DNA of 64,000 nucleotides from a virus (Duplodnaviria; Heunggongvirae; Uroviricota; Caudoviricetes): IMG/VR virus record IMGVR_UViG_648028025_000010; one strand, 5' to 3'. Shown piece by piece: positions 41,117 to 50,921 of this stretch (position 1 is its first letter; each line of letters starts with the position of its first letter). The notes under the pieces were generated by a model. It saw only the letters and a program-made list of their open reading frames with translations, ran no database searches and was not told where the DNA came from. The position numbers and the translations under genes were made by a program.

Positions 41117-41130
41117 TTGAGTTTTCTCAA
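41117..41130. promoter_or_regulatory. Operator-like palindrome in the dicC-dicA intergenic region
   Basis: TTGAGTTTTCTCAA (inverted repeat). The same 12-13-bp motif recurs at 41653-41665 and inverted at 41690-41700. Confidence 0.5.
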
Positions 41131-41180
41131 TGCTAATCACTCAAGGAATCTCAAGTCAAGGGTTATTAAGATATCTAAAT

Positions 41181-41588
41181 ATGAACGAGAAAACTTTAGG
41201 TCAACGCATTAGAGAAAGACGTAAGCAGGTAGGCTTAAGTCAAAACGGTTTAAGCAAAGCTGCTGGCGTATCTGGCTCATCAATTTCATTATGGGAAAGT
41301 GACCATACAGCCCCGCGCGGGCAAAATTTGCATCGCCTCGCCGAGGTATTGCAATGTTCACCAACTTGGATACTGTTTGGCGACGAGGACAAAACACCAG
41401 CTCCCCCTGTTTCACTCGATAGTGCCTTAGACTTATCGGAAGATGAGTTAGAGATGCTGCGTTTGTATCGCGCACTTCCTAAATCAGAGCAACAAGCACA
41501 ACTCAGCGAACTCCGCGCCCGCGTTGAGAATTTTAATCGCCTGTTCACCGAGCTATTAGAGGCTCGCAAACGCAACAAGCATCAATAA
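41181..41588 (+). CDS. dicA: DicA-like HTH_XRE repressor
   Basis: From MNEKTLGQRIRERRKQVGLSQNGLSKAAGVSGSSISLWE... with C-terminal LAEVLQCSPTWILFGDEDK, matching my recollection of DicA. Confidence 0.8.
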   Translation: MNEKTLGQRIRERRKQVGLSQNGLSKAAGVSGSSISLWESDHTAPRGQNLHRLAEVLQCSPTWILFGDEDKTPAPPVSLDSALDLSEDELEMLRLYRALPKSEQQAQLSELRARVENFNRLFTELLEARKRNKHQ

Positions 41589-41652
41589 TCATCCCTTCAC
41601 AAAATTTTAAAGCCTTACATTTCAATGTATTGGCTTTATCTTGCGCCAACAC

Positions 41653-41700
41653 TTGAGTTTTCTCATCAAAAAACCTTGACGAAAAATAATGAGAAAACTA
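41653..41700. promoter_or_regulatory. Operator-like inverted repeat pair downstream of dicA (candidate dicB-operon operator)
   Basis: TTGAGTTTTCTCA at 41653-41665 and its near-reverse-complement TGAGAAAACTA at 41690-41700. Confidence 0.45.
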
Positions 41701-41780
41701 AATTACCTCCATCAAGACACCGCACGGTGTTCTCAGCAAACAGTTCCGCTACCCCGGCGTTAAGGGGAAATGAGGTCAGC

Positions 41781-41936
41781 ATGGATACTATCGATCTTGG
41801 CAACAGCGAATCTCTGGTATGTGGCGTGTTCCCCAACCAGGACGGCACGTTCACCGCGATGACGTATACCAAAAGCAAAACGTTTAAAACCGAAAATGGT
41901 GCCCGTCGCTGGCTGGAAAGAAACTCAGGTGAGTGA
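41781..41936 (+). CDS. ydfA: YdfA-like small protein (51 aa)
   Basis: ATG with GAGGT RBS. MDTIDLGNSESLVCGVFPNQDGTFTAMTYTKSKTFKTENGARRWLERNSGE. Confidence 0.6.
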   Translation: MDTIDLGNSESLVCGVFPNQDGTFTAMTYTKSKTFKTENGARRWLERNSGE

Positions 41937-41937
41937 T

Positions 41938-42513
41938 ATGGATTTCAACACAATCATGGAAAAGGCTTACGAAGAATACTTCGAAGGCCTTGCCGAAGGC
42001 GAAGAAGCTCTCAGCTTCAGTGAGTTTAAACAGGCACTCAGAATAAGAATGTGCTCTCACAATGACGCGGAGCACAAATATGAGAAGCAAAATCAGACCG
42101 CAGAAAATTTTGTTCTGGAACCCGGAGAAACGCTTTTCAAAATTCCCGTTACGTGCCCCATTTGCGGTTTTACATCAGAAGAACTTGACGACTCCTGTAA
42201 CAATCAGGAAACAACCAAGTATGTCGAAGATGATACCGAGTGCGCACGAAGAACGATTATATCCACGAGTCCAAACTCCAGGACCAATAAATCTCACTAT
42301 GAGAGGGTGATTAATCCACTCCCCCAAACCAATAAAAAAGATGCCGGAGGACAAAAAACCCAATGGAACAACGGGATATCTGTCAAAAAAAGACGTTCCA
42401 TTAAAGACAAACAACGCAGCGCCAACAACTGTAAGCGCTTTATACCAGTAATCAATTTTCATGTTCTTAAGCGGATTTATTGGTGGTTGCGACATTGCTT
42501 AATGAATCCTTAA
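41938..42513 (+). CDS. Hypothetical Cys-rich protein (191 aa); N-terminus resembles Qin YdfB
   Basis: MDFNTIMEKAYEEYFEGLAEGEEALSFSEFKQALRIRMCSHNDAEH...CPICGF. Likely the intact form of a gene that is fragmented in Qin (ydfB/ydfC). Confidence 0.45.
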   Translation: MDFNTIMEKAYEEYFEGLAEGEEALSFSEFKQALRIRMCSHNDAEHKYEKQNQTAENFVLEPGETLFKIPVTCPICGFTSEELDDSCNNQETTKYVEDDTECARRTIISTSPNSRTNKSHYERVINPLPQTNKKDAGGQKTQWNNGISVKKRRSIKDKQRSANNCKRFIPVINFHVLKRIYWWLRHCLMNP

Positions 42514-42772
42514 AACTGTGGTGATTTTAAGGATACCACCTCGCCTGACGTGGTTAAAAGCAGGCACACAACACGAAAGCGCACGGCGAAGTTCGTCTCA
42601 CTGTACGGTGTCGTTAAATTTAATTCGACCGTGCGCTTCCGGTTGTGGCAACCCGCAAAATGGCGCGGCGGTAAGTATGGCGGGGTTATTCCTTCCCCGT
42701 TGAGGACACCGGGTTGTCAGGTTGACCATACGCTTAAGTGACAACCCCGCTGCAACGCCCTCTGTTATCAAT

Positions 42773-42830
42773 TTTCTGGTGACGTTTGGCGGTATCAGTT
42801 TTACTCCGTGACTGCTCTGCCGCCCTTTTT
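42773..42830 (+). ncRNA. dicF: DicF small regulatory RNA
   Basis: tttctggtgacgtttggcggtatcagttttactccgtgactgctctgccgccc followed by ttttt matches the DicF sequence as I recall it, including the terminator hairpin (ggcgg...ccgcc). Confidence 0.85.
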
Positions 42831-42999
42831 AAAGTGAATTTTGTGATGCGGTGAATACGGCTAAGCGCACGCGGAACAGTTAAAACCAAAAACAGTGTTA
42901 TGGGTGGATTCTCTGTATCCGACGTTAATTGTTAACTGGTTAACGTCACCTGGAGGCACCAGGCACTGCATCACAAAATTCATTGTTGAGGACGCGATA

Positions 43000-43188
43000 A
43001 TGAAAACGTTATTACCAAACGTTAATACGTCTGAAGGTTGTTTTGAAATTGGTGTCACTATCAGTAACCCTGTATTTACTGAAGATGCCATTAACAAGAG
43101 AAAACAAGAACGGGAGCTATTAAATAAAATATGCATTGTTTCAATGCTGGCTCGTTTACGTCTGATGCCAAAAGGATGTGCACAATGA
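43000..43188 (+). CDS. dicB: Cell-division inhibitor DicB (62 aa)
   Basis: MKTLLPNVNTSEGCFEIGVTISNPVFTEDAINKRKQERELLNKICIVSMLARLRLMPKGCAQ. Confidence 0.9.
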   Translation: MKTLLPNVNTSEGCFEIGVTISNPVFTEDAINKRKQERELLNKICIVSMLARLRLMPKGCAQ

Positions 43189-43376
43189 ATTCAGCATTTG
43201 CGCTTGTTCTGACAGTTTTTCTTGTTTCCGGAGTGCCAGTTGATATTGCAGTCAGTGTTCACAGGACAATGCAGGAGTGTATGACTGCAGCAACCGAACA
43301 GAAAATTCCCGGTAACTGTTACCCGGTCGATAAAGTTATTCACCAGGATAATATCGAAATCCCGGCAGGTCTTTAA
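43185..43376 (+). CDS. ydfD: YdfD (63 aa) small membrane protein
   Basis: MNSAFALVLTVFLVSGVPVDIAVSVHRTMQECMTAATEQKIPGNCYPVDKVIHQDNIEIPAGL. Start overlaps the dicB stop. Confidence 0.8.
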   Translation: MNSAFALVLTVFLVSGVPVDIAVSVHRTMQECMTAATEQKIPGNCYPVDKVIHQDNIEIPAGL

Positions 43377-43469
43377 AACAGTTCCGTAATAAATATCCGG
43401 TTTCATTCTTATATGCCAGCAATGGCAGGGATTTGTTCATCCTTAAATCTGTCATGAGGTTAAAACAAA

Positions 43470-45941
43470 ATGAGTAAAGTCTTTATTTGCGCCGCTATTC
43501 CTGACGAACTGGCAACAAGGGAAGAAGGCTCTGTGGCTGTAGCCACAGCCATTGAAGCTGGCGACGAACGCCGTGCTCGAGCAAAATTTCACTGGCAGTT
43601 CCTGGAACATTATCCGGCTGCTCAGGACTGCGCTTATAAATTTATTGTCTGCGAGGATAAACCTGGCATACCCCGCCCTGCCCTCGATTCATGGGATGCT
43701 GAATATATGCAGGAAAACCGCTGGGATGAGGAGTCTGCTTCTTTTGTCCCGGTTGAGACTGAATCCGATCCGATGAACGTCACTTTTGACAAGCTGGCCC
43801 CTGAAGTACAGAACGCTGTCATGGTTAAGTTCGACACATGTGAAAACATCACCGTTGATATGGTTATTAGCGCACAGGAATTGTTGCAGGAAGACATGGC
43901 AACATTCGACGGACATATCGTTGAAGCGTTGATGAAAATGCCAGAAGTTAACGCCATGTATCCGGAGCTTAAGTTGCACGCCATTGGGTGGGTTAAGCAT
44001 AAATGTATTCCTGGTGCTAAATGGCCCGAAATTCAGGCAGAGATGCGCATCTGGAAAAAACGTCGCGAAGGTGAACGCAAGGAAACCGGAAAATACACGT
44101 CTGTTGTTGATCTCGCCCGCGCCAGAGCCAATCAACAGTACACTGAAAATTCAACAGGAAAAATCAGCCCGGTCATTGCTGCCATTCATCGCGAATACAA
44201 GCAGACATGGAAAACACTGGATGACGAACTGGCCTACGCTCTCTGGCCTGGTGATGTGGATGCCGGAAACATTGACGGCAGCATCCATCGCTGGGCAAAA
44301 AAAGAAGTTATCGACAACGACCGCGAAGACTGGAAGCGTATCTCGGCATCAATGCGCAAACAGCCTGATGCCCTTCGCTACGACCGCCAAACTATTTTTG
44401 GCCTTGTCCGTGAGCGTCCGATCGACATTCACAAAGATCCCGTAGCACTGAACAAATATATCTGCGAATACCTGACGACAAAGGGCGTGTTTGAGAATGA
44501 AGAAACAGACCTGGGCACTGTTGATGTTCTCCAGTCATCAGAAACACAAACTGATGCAGTGGAAACTGAGGTATCTGATATCCCAAAAAATGAAACCGCG
44601 CCGGAAGCTGAACCATCTGTAGAGCGTGAGGGGCCGTTCTATTTCCTCTTCGCAGATAAGGACGGAGAAAAATACGGTCGCGCAAACAAACTTTCTGGTC
44701 TGGATAAGGCACTGGCTGCTGGCGCCACTGAAATCACAAAAGAAGAATATTTTGCCCGAAAAAATGGCACATACACGGGCTTACCGCAAAATGTAGATAC
44801 CGCTGAAGATTCAGAACAACCAGAGCCGATAAAAGTTACCGCTGACGAAGTAAACAAAATTATGCAGGCAGCCAATATCAGCCAGCCTGACGCCGATAAG
44901 TTGCTTGCTGCATCACGTGGTGAATTTGTTGAAGGGATTAGTGACCCGAATGATCCGAAATGGGTTAAGGGGATCCAGACCCGCGATTCTGTGAACCAGA
45001 ACCAGCATGAATCGGAACGGAACTACCAAAAAGCGGAACAAAACAGTCCAAATGCGTTACAAAACGAGCCAGAAACGAAACAGCCTGAACCAGTGGCGCA
45101 ACAGGAAGTGGAAAAAGCCTGCACCGCCTGCGGTCAGACCGGCGGCGGCAACTGCCCTGATTGTGGCGCGGTGATGGGCGACGCAACATACCAAGAAACA
45201 TTCGATGAAGAGTATCAGGTTGAAGTTCAGGAAGATGATCCGGAGGAAATGGAAGGCGCTGAACATCCACACAAGGAGAACACTGGCGGCAATCAGCATC
45301 ACAATAGCGATAATGAAACTGGCGAGACGGCAGATCACCCAATTAAGGTGAACGGTCATCACGAAATCACATCCACCAGCAGGACGTGTGACCATCTAAT
45401 GATCGACCTTGAAACCATGGGAAAAAATCCTGATGCCCCGATCATCTCAATAGGTGCAATATTTTTCGATCCGCAAACCGGAGATATGGGACCGGAATTT
45501 AGTAAGACTATCGATCTGGAAACTGCTGGCGGAGTCATTGATCGGGACACCATTAAATGGTGGCTTAAGCAATCACGCGAAGCGCAATCTGCCATTATGA
45601 CCGATGAAATCCCGTTAGATGATGCACTGTTACAATTGCGGGAATTTATCGACGAAAACTCCGGTGAATTTTTTGTTCAGGTCTGGGGAAATGGAGCCAA
45701 CTTCGACAACACGATTTTGCGCCGTTCATACGAACGGCAGGGGATCCCCTGCCCGTGGCGTTACTACAACGATCGCGATGTACGCACAATCGTTGAGCTG
45801 GGGAAAGCCATAGACTTCGATGCCAGAACGGCTATTCCATTCGAAGGTGAGCGCCATAATGCACTTGATGACGCCCGTTACCAGGCAAAATACGTTTCAG
45901 TTATCTGGCAAAAACTGATCCCGAGTCAGGCTGATTCTTAA
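43470..45941 (+). CDS. Large multidomain protein: N-terminal domain of unknown function, acidic linker, CxxC-x12-CxxC zinc ribbon, C-terminal DEDDh (DnaQ/RNase T-like) 3'-5' exonuclease domain
   Basis: 823 aa. Exo motifs MIDLETMG (Exo I), WGNGANFD (Exo II), HNALDDARYQAKY (Exo III with His). Zinc ribbon CTACGQTGGGNCPDCG. Occupies the position of Qin ydfE, which I recall as a fragment. Confidence 0.65.
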   Translation: MSKVFICAAIPDELATREEGSVAVATAIEAGDERRARAKFHWQFLEHYPAAQDCAYKFIVCEDKPGIPRPALDSWDAEYMQENRWDEESASFVPVETESDPMNVTFDKLAPEVQNAVMVKFDTCENITVDMVISAQELLQEDMATFDGHIVEALMKMPEVNAMYPELKLHAIGWVKHKCIPGAKWPEIQAEMRIWKKRREGERKETGKYTSVVDLARARANQQYTENSTGKISPVIAAIHREYKQTWKTLDDELAYALWPGDVDAGNIDGSIHRWAKKEVIDNDREDWKRISASMRKQPDALRYDRQTIFGLVRERPIDIHKDPVALNKYICEYLTTKGVFENEETDLGTVDVLQSSETQTDAVETEVSDIPKNETAPEAEPSVEREGPFYFLFADKDGEKYGRANKLSGLDKALAAGATEITKEEYFARKNGTYTGLPQNVDTAEDSEQPEPIKVTADEVNKIMQAANISQPDADKLLAASRGEFVEGISDPNDPKWVKGIQTRDSVNQNQHESERNYQKAEQNSPNALQNEPETKQPEPVAQQEVEKACTACGQTGGGNCPDCGAVMGDATYQETFDEEYQVEVQEDDPEEMEGAEHPHKENTGGNQHHNSDNETGETADHPIKVNGHHEITSTSRTCDHLMIDLETMGKNPDAPIISIGAIFFDPQTGDMGPEFSKTIDLETAGGVIDRDTIKWWLKQSREAQSAIMTDEIPLDDALLQLREFIDENSGEFFVQVWGNGANFDNTILRRSYERQGIPCPWRYYNDRDVRTIVELGKAIDFDARTAIPFEGERHNALDDARYQAKYVSVIWQKLIPSQADS

Positions 45942-46136
45942 TGTTCAACTGTCGCCGGTTGTGACTGGTATTCTGCAACCGGCGCTCGTCTGATGTAAGA
46001 GATAAAGAAATCGATGAGCGAAGTAATCATGATTGTCTCTCCCGGCAAATGGGTATCCGAAGAGCAGTTAATTGCGCTGAAAGGAATAAAAAAAGGTACG
46101 TTAAAAGTAAGCGACTCGTCAGAACCGTATTGATAT

Positions 46137-47708
46137 TTACTGAGAGCTCAGATCAACTTTCCAGGGCAACAGATCGCGTACCCGGTTTGCCGGCCAGTCC
46201 TGGATATGTTCAATGACGTAACGCAGCCACTTTTCTGGCTCCACATTGTTCAGACGGCATGTGCCGATCAGCGAGTACAACACCGCCGCATGTTCACCAC
46301 CGCTGTCGGAACCCGCGAACATCCAGTTTTTCCGGCCTACGGCCACTCCCCGTAAGGCGTTCTCTGCGATGTTGTTGTCGATTTCCACCCAGCCATTACT
46401 GCAGTACACGTTCAGTGCATCCCACTGTTTCAGCAGGTATGCGAACGCTTTTGCCGTATCTGAGTGACGCGACAGTGTTTTCATCTGTTGCTGTATCCAG
46501 TCATACAGTGACTGCATCAGTGGCGCGGCTCTGGCTTTTCTTGCCGCCAGACGCTGTTCTGCTGAACAGCCCCGGACCTCTGCCTCGATGGCATACAGTT
46601 CACCGATACGCTGCAGGGCTTCCGTGGTGATGTAGGTGGGCGCTCTTGCATGCACATCGTGGATTTTTCTCCGGGCATGAGCCATACACGCGGCTTCCGT
46701 TATTCTGCCGGATTCGTATAACGCCCGGTAACCACCGTAAGCATCGGCCTGAAGCACACCGCTGTAACCGGCCAGGTGATTTTGTGGATGGATACCTTTC
46801 CGGTCCGGACTGTACGCGAACCAGACCGCCGGGGGCATCTGTGAACCGGCGTTACGGTCATCACGGACGTAGACCCACAGCCGGGCTGTCCGGGTTTTAC
46901 CGCTGCCCGGCTCCTGGACCGGGACGGGGATATCATCAGCATGGACTTTACCGGGCATCAGCACATACTGGCGCAGGACGTCATACAGCGGCTCCAGCAG
47001 TTCAGCAACAGCACCTGTCCAGCGCCCCAGTGTGGCACGGCTCAGCTCCACTCCCTGACGACGGTATATTTCTGACTGGCGGTATAACGGCAGATGGTCT
47101 GCATATTTCCCGGTGACAACATGGGCCAGAAGCCCCGCTCCGGCATAACTGCGTGCAATGGGTTTTGAAGGTACTGGTGCCTGCACGATATGGTCGCACC
47201 GGCAACAGGCCTGTTTCGGACGTTGTGTTTCGATAACCTTAAAGGCGCTGCTGATAAGCTCCAGTTGCTCTGACACATCACATCCCAGAGAACTGAGTTC
47301 ACCACCACAGGCAGGACAGCATTCCTCTTCCGGCCGGATAACCCGGGTTTCACGGGGAAGTGAGGCCGGTAACGGTTTACGGGCTGAAGACTGGCGCAGG
47401 GCGGATGGCAGTACCGGGTCATATTGCTCACCCAGCGTTTCCGCCATTTCTTCCTGAAGTGCGCTGATTCGCTCCTGTGCTTCCTGTATCTGCCGTTCGG
47501 TTTTTGCACGAAGTTTTTCTGAGCTTTTACCGAACTGCATACGTTGCAGTTTCGCAACCAGCGCCTTCAGCCGGTTGATTTCGGAAGCATAAGCCGCCAC
47601 CCGCTGTGAGAGCAGGCGGTTGTATTCAGCCATCTGGCGGATGGTGTCCTGTTGCGTCTGCAACAGTGCCCGCAGGCGGGCGTTCTCATGAGCAAGTGAG
47701 GTGTCCAT
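46137..47708 (-). CDS. IS66-family transposase (TnpC/Orf3)
   Basis: 523 aa with leucine-zipper-like N-terminus, CxxC motifs (CPACGG, CCRCDH) and a DDE-type core. Confidence 0.85.
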   Translation of the reverse strand: MDTSLAHENARLRALLQTQQDTIRQMAEYNRLLSQRVAAYASEINRLKALVAKLQRMQFGKSSEKLRAKTERQIQEAQERISALQEEMAETLGEQYDPVLPSALRQSSARKPLPASLPRETRVIRPEEECCPACGGELSSLGCDVSEQLELISSAFKVIETQRPKQACCRCDHIVQAPVPSKPIARSYAGAGLLAHVVTGKYADHLPLYRQSEIYRRQGVELSRATLGRWTGAVAELLEPLYDVLRQYVLMPGKVHADDIPVPVQEPGSGKTRTARLWVYVRDDRNAGSQMPPAVWFAYSPDRKGIHPQNHLAGYSGVLQADAYGGYRALYESGRITEAACMAHARRKIHDVHARAPTYITTEALQRIGELYAIEAEVRGCSAEQRLAARKARAAPLMQSLYDWIQQQMKTLSRHSDTAKAFAYLLKQWDALNVYCSNGWVEIDNNIAENALRGVAVGRKNWMFAGSDSGGEHAAVLYSLIGTCRLNNVEPEKWLRYVIEHIQDWPANRVRDLLPWKVDLSSQ

Positions 47709-47727
47709 ATCCTCACTTTACAACGGG

Positions 47728-48075
47728 TTATATGCGGATTCCAGCGCGTTCCGTTCGTTTCGGGTGCTTCCAGTTGATACCTTCAAGAAGCATGGATAAC
47801 TGAGCCGGAGTAAGGTGCACCTTGCCGTCACGGGTGACTGGCCAGACGAAGCGGCCCCGCTCCAGGCGTTTGGTGAAGAGGCACAGTCCGTCACTGTCAG
47901 CCCACAACACTTTTATCTGGTCACCCCGGCGTCCGCGGAAGATGAACAGGTGTCCGGAGAACGGGTCATCCTTCAGGACGTTCTGAACTTTTGATGCCAG
48001 GCCGTTAAAGCCATTTCGCATATCGGTGATACCTGCAACCAGCCAGATACGCGAACCTGCAGGGAGAGATATCAT
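47728..48075 (-). CDS. IS66-family Orf2 (TnpB)
   Basis: 115-aa ORF MISLPAGSRIWLVAGITDMRNGFNGLA..., typical IS66 Orf2. Confidence 0.8.
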   Translation of the reverse strand: MISLPAGSRIWLVAGITDMRNGFNGLASKVQNVLKDDPFSGHLFIFRGRRGDQIKVLWADSDGLCLFTKRLERGRFVWPVTRDGKVHLTPAQLSMLLEGINWKHPKRTERAGIRI

Positions 48076-48752
48076 CAGTGGCTGCTCCCTTTTATTTCGC
48101 GGATAAGTGTCTGTAATAACGCCGGCGTCAGTTTACCTTTAAGCCTGAGAGTTCCGGCCGGCAGAACCAGCTCACAACACAGACTGTCGGACGGTGTATT
48201 TATCTGCTCTGGTTCCTGTGCGGGGGCCGGGATTTTATTATCCGGCTCCGGCGTTAACGTCACGGGAAGCAGTGCCGGCATATTTTTTCCGGAAGGCAGC
48301 AGGCCACCTTTCCGGTATTGATGGCGCCAGTTGAAGAGCAGGTTATCGTTGATTCCGTTTTCCCGGGCGATCTGCGCCACACAGGCTCCGGGCTGCAGTG
48401 ACTGCTCCACTAAGGCGATTTTAAACTCATAAGGGAAGTTGGGCCGCCGGGGACGTTTTTTTACCACGGGGGCTTCGGATATAACGGTGCTTTCAGGACG
48501 TACGACTGGTACCGTGGAAAATTGTCCGTAAAGGCAGGCATCAAGTTCCTGCTCCGACATGCCTGCGGGCAAAGGCCACGAAAGGCCAGCTCTCCGAAAG
48601 CGCACGAACATACTACAAACTGTTGATTTTGGTACACCCAGGCGACGCCCGGCCACAACCCGGGGTAAATGTTCTTCAAAGTGAAGACGTAAAGCTTCAG
48701 TGATCCAGGTCCGGTGTTTCATACGATAGTGTCCATTAAAAATGATGGACAT
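48075..48752 (-). CDS. IS66-family Orf1 (TnpA)
   Basis: First ORF of the IS66 operon, HTH-like region. Start codon uncertain. Confidence 0.65.
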   Translation of the reverse strand: MSIIFNGHYRMKHRTWITEALRLHFEEHLPRVVAGRRLGVPKSTVCSMFVRFRRAGLSWPLPAGMSEQELDACLYGQFSTVPVVRPESTVISEAPVVKKRPRRPNFPYEFKIALVEQSLQPGACVAQIARENGINDNLLFNWRHQYRKGGLLPSGKNMPALLPVTLTPEPDNKIPAPAQEPEQINTPSDSLCCELVLPAGTLRLKGKLTPALLQTLIREIKGSSH

Positions 48753-50067
48753 TATTTTTGTAGAGCCGGAGGAAACAGACCAGACGGTTTAAATGAGCCG
48801 GTTACCGTTAAAAAAGGCCCGGGAAAAATCGTTTATGGAAGGAAGGGAATATAAGCATGTCGCTCATGACGGTATGCCATGGGATAACAGTCCATGCTTT
48901 TATAACCTGGAAGAAATTGATCGCTGGATTGAGCGCCAGGCATCAGCGAGACCAAGACGTCATCTTACTTGACTAAAAGCCACACTAACTAATGAGAGAA
49001 GTTGAAATGAAATATCCGACAGGCGTGGAAAACCATGGAGGGAAATTACGTATCTGGTTTGTTTATAAAGGCGTAAGAGTCAGGGAAAATCTGGGGGTTC
49101 CTGACACATCAAAAAACAGGCGCGTTGCAGGTGAACTACGCTCCTCTGTTTGTTACGCAATAAAAACTGGTGTTTTCGACTATGCAAAACAGTTTCCCTC
49201 CTCACGCAATCTGGAAAAATTTGGTGAGGCCCGACAAGATTTAACCATAAAAGAACTGGCTGAAAAATTTTTGGCACTGAAAGAAACTGAAGTCGCCAAA
49301 ACATCACTCAACACATACCGTGCCGTCATCAAAAATATCCTGAGCATAATCGGTGAAAAAAATCTTGCCTCATCGATTAATAAAGAAAAATTACTGGAGG
49401 TTCGTAAAGAGCTACTGACTGGATACCAGATCCCCAAAAGTAACTATATTGTTACACAACCAGGGAGATCGGCTGTAACTGTAAATAATTACATGACAAA
49501 TCTTAACGCCGTGTTCCAGTTTGGTGTTGATAACGGTTACCTGGCAGATAATCCGTTTAAGGGGATCTCGCCATTAAAGGAATCAAGAACCATTCCGGAT
49601 CCTCTTTCGCGGGAGGAATTTATCCGTCTTATCGATGCGTGCAGAAATCAGCAAGCAAAAAATTTATGGTGTGTTTCTGTTTATACTGGCGTTCGCCCTG
49701 GTGAGCTGTGTGCACTTGGATGGGAGGACATAGATCTGAAAAATGGAACAATGATGATCAGGAGAAATTTAGCAAAAGACCGTTTCACGGTACCAAAAAC
49801 ACAGGCGGGAACCAATCGGGTCATTCATCTTATTAAGCCAGCAATCGACGCTCTCCGGAGTCAGATGACATTAACGAGACTGAGCAAAGAGCATATCATT
49901 GATGTTCACCTCAGAGAGTATGGCAGAACAGAAAAACAAAAATGCACCTTTGTTTTTCAACCTGAAGTGTCAGCGAGAGTAAAAAATTATGGTGACCATT
50001 TTACCGTTGACTCAATAAGGCAGATGAGGTGTACTGGCAATAGCGGACACTACCATTTGTTCTTTTT

Positions 50068-50886
50068 TTAAGCAGCCATCTGATGATATTTTTCCCTGAA
50101 GGCTGCCGGGGAGATATTCCCCAGACGAGAGTGACGACGCTGACGATTGTAGAAAATCTCAATGTATTCCCGTATTACTGAGATGGCTTCATCCCGGTTA
50201 TTAAAACGATAGTGGCTCAGGCTCTCATTTTTCAGCGTTCCCCAGAAGCTTTCCATCGGAGCGTTGTCGTAACAGTTACCTTTACGCGACATTGATGTTT
50301 TCAGACCAAACTGCTCCTGTATGACCCGGTAATCGTATGCGCAGTACTGTGAACCTCGATCAGAGTGGTGGATTAGCCCGGCAGGTGGGCGCTGGCTCCT
50401 GAGCGCCATAAACAGAGCTTTACCTGTCAGCTCTTTTGTCATGCGCTCTCCCATGGCGTAGCCGACAATTTCGCACGTATAAACATCTTTGATGCCAGCG
50501 AGGTACAACCATCCCTCCTGTGTGGCAACATACGTCAGGTCCGCCACCCAGACCTGATTTGGTGCTGTAGGAGCGAACGTCTGGTTCAGCAGATTTGGCG
50601 CAACTGGCAGATTGTGGTTCGAGTTCGTAGTCGCTCTGAACTTGCGTTTCTGCTTACAGCGTAGCCTTAGCTCCTTACGAAGACGTGCCAGTCGGTCACG
50701 ACCAACGATGATGCCATTCTCTGCCAGCTCCGTCTGGAGCCGCCGGGTTCCATATGTTTCGCGAGTGCGGATATGTGCCACCTTAATCTCCAGTTTTAGC
50801 CGCTCATCACTTTGTTTTCTGTCTGAGGGTTCATGCTGTACCCAGTTGTAATAACCGCTCCTGGATACACCAAATACCTGACACAT
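50068..50886 (-). CDS. IS3-family transposase orfB (DDE integrase core)
   Basis: 272 aa with DDE-region motifs (VWVADLTYV...HHSDRGSQY...). Expected to be expressed as an OrfAB fusion. Confidence 0.85.
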   Translation of the reverse strand: MCQVFGVSRSGYYNWVQHEPSDRKQSDERLKLEIKVAHIRTRETYGTRRLQTELAENGIIVGRDRLARLRKELRLRCKQKRKFRATTNSNHNLPVAPNLLNQTFAPTAPNQVWVADLTYVATQEGWLYLAGIKDVYTCEIVGYAMGERMTKELTGKALFMALRSQRPPAGLIHHSDRGSQYCAYDYRVIQEQFGLKTSMSRKGNCYDNAPMESFWGTLKNESLSHYRFNNRDEAISVIREYIEIFYNRQRRHSRLGNISPAAFREKYHQMAA

Positions 50887-50921
50887 CGCTTCAATGGGAA
50901 ATTGTTGTCGCCATTGTTCGA

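Larger units (their letters stand above)
46107..48805 (-). mobile_element. IS66-family insertion sequence (2699 bp) flanked by 8-bp target-site duplication CGTTAAAA
   Basis: Ends GTAAGCGACTCG... and ...CCGGTTAC (imperfect terminal inverted repeats beginning GTAA). Direct repeats cgttaaaa at 46099-46106 and 48806-48813. Contains three ORFs typical of IS66. Confidence 0.8.
46014..48972 (+). pseudogene. xis: Excisionase-like gene (xis) split by an IS66-family insertion (parts 46014-46106 and 48814-48972)
   Basis: Joining the two parts across one copy of the 8-bp target duplication restores an 83-aa ORF MSEVIMIVSPGKWVSEEQLIALKGIKKGTLK|KAREKSFMEGREYKHVAHDGMPWDNSPCFYNLEEIDRWIERQ... immediately upstream of int. 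Confidence 0.55.

Noticed and set aside
42550-42741. 63-aa basic ORF (MVKSRHTTRKRTAKFVSLYGVVKFNSTVRF...) between the ydfB/C-like gene and DicF
   Set aside because: It lies in the region processed to release DicF, has no convincing RBS, and I could not securely tie it to Qin ydfC. Left unannotated as a possible but unsupported small ORF.
46246-47457. Several 70-170-aa ORFs on both strands inside the IS66 tnpC gene
   Set aside because: Overlap the well-supported 523-aa transposase frame. Arg/Pro-rich antisense artefacts.
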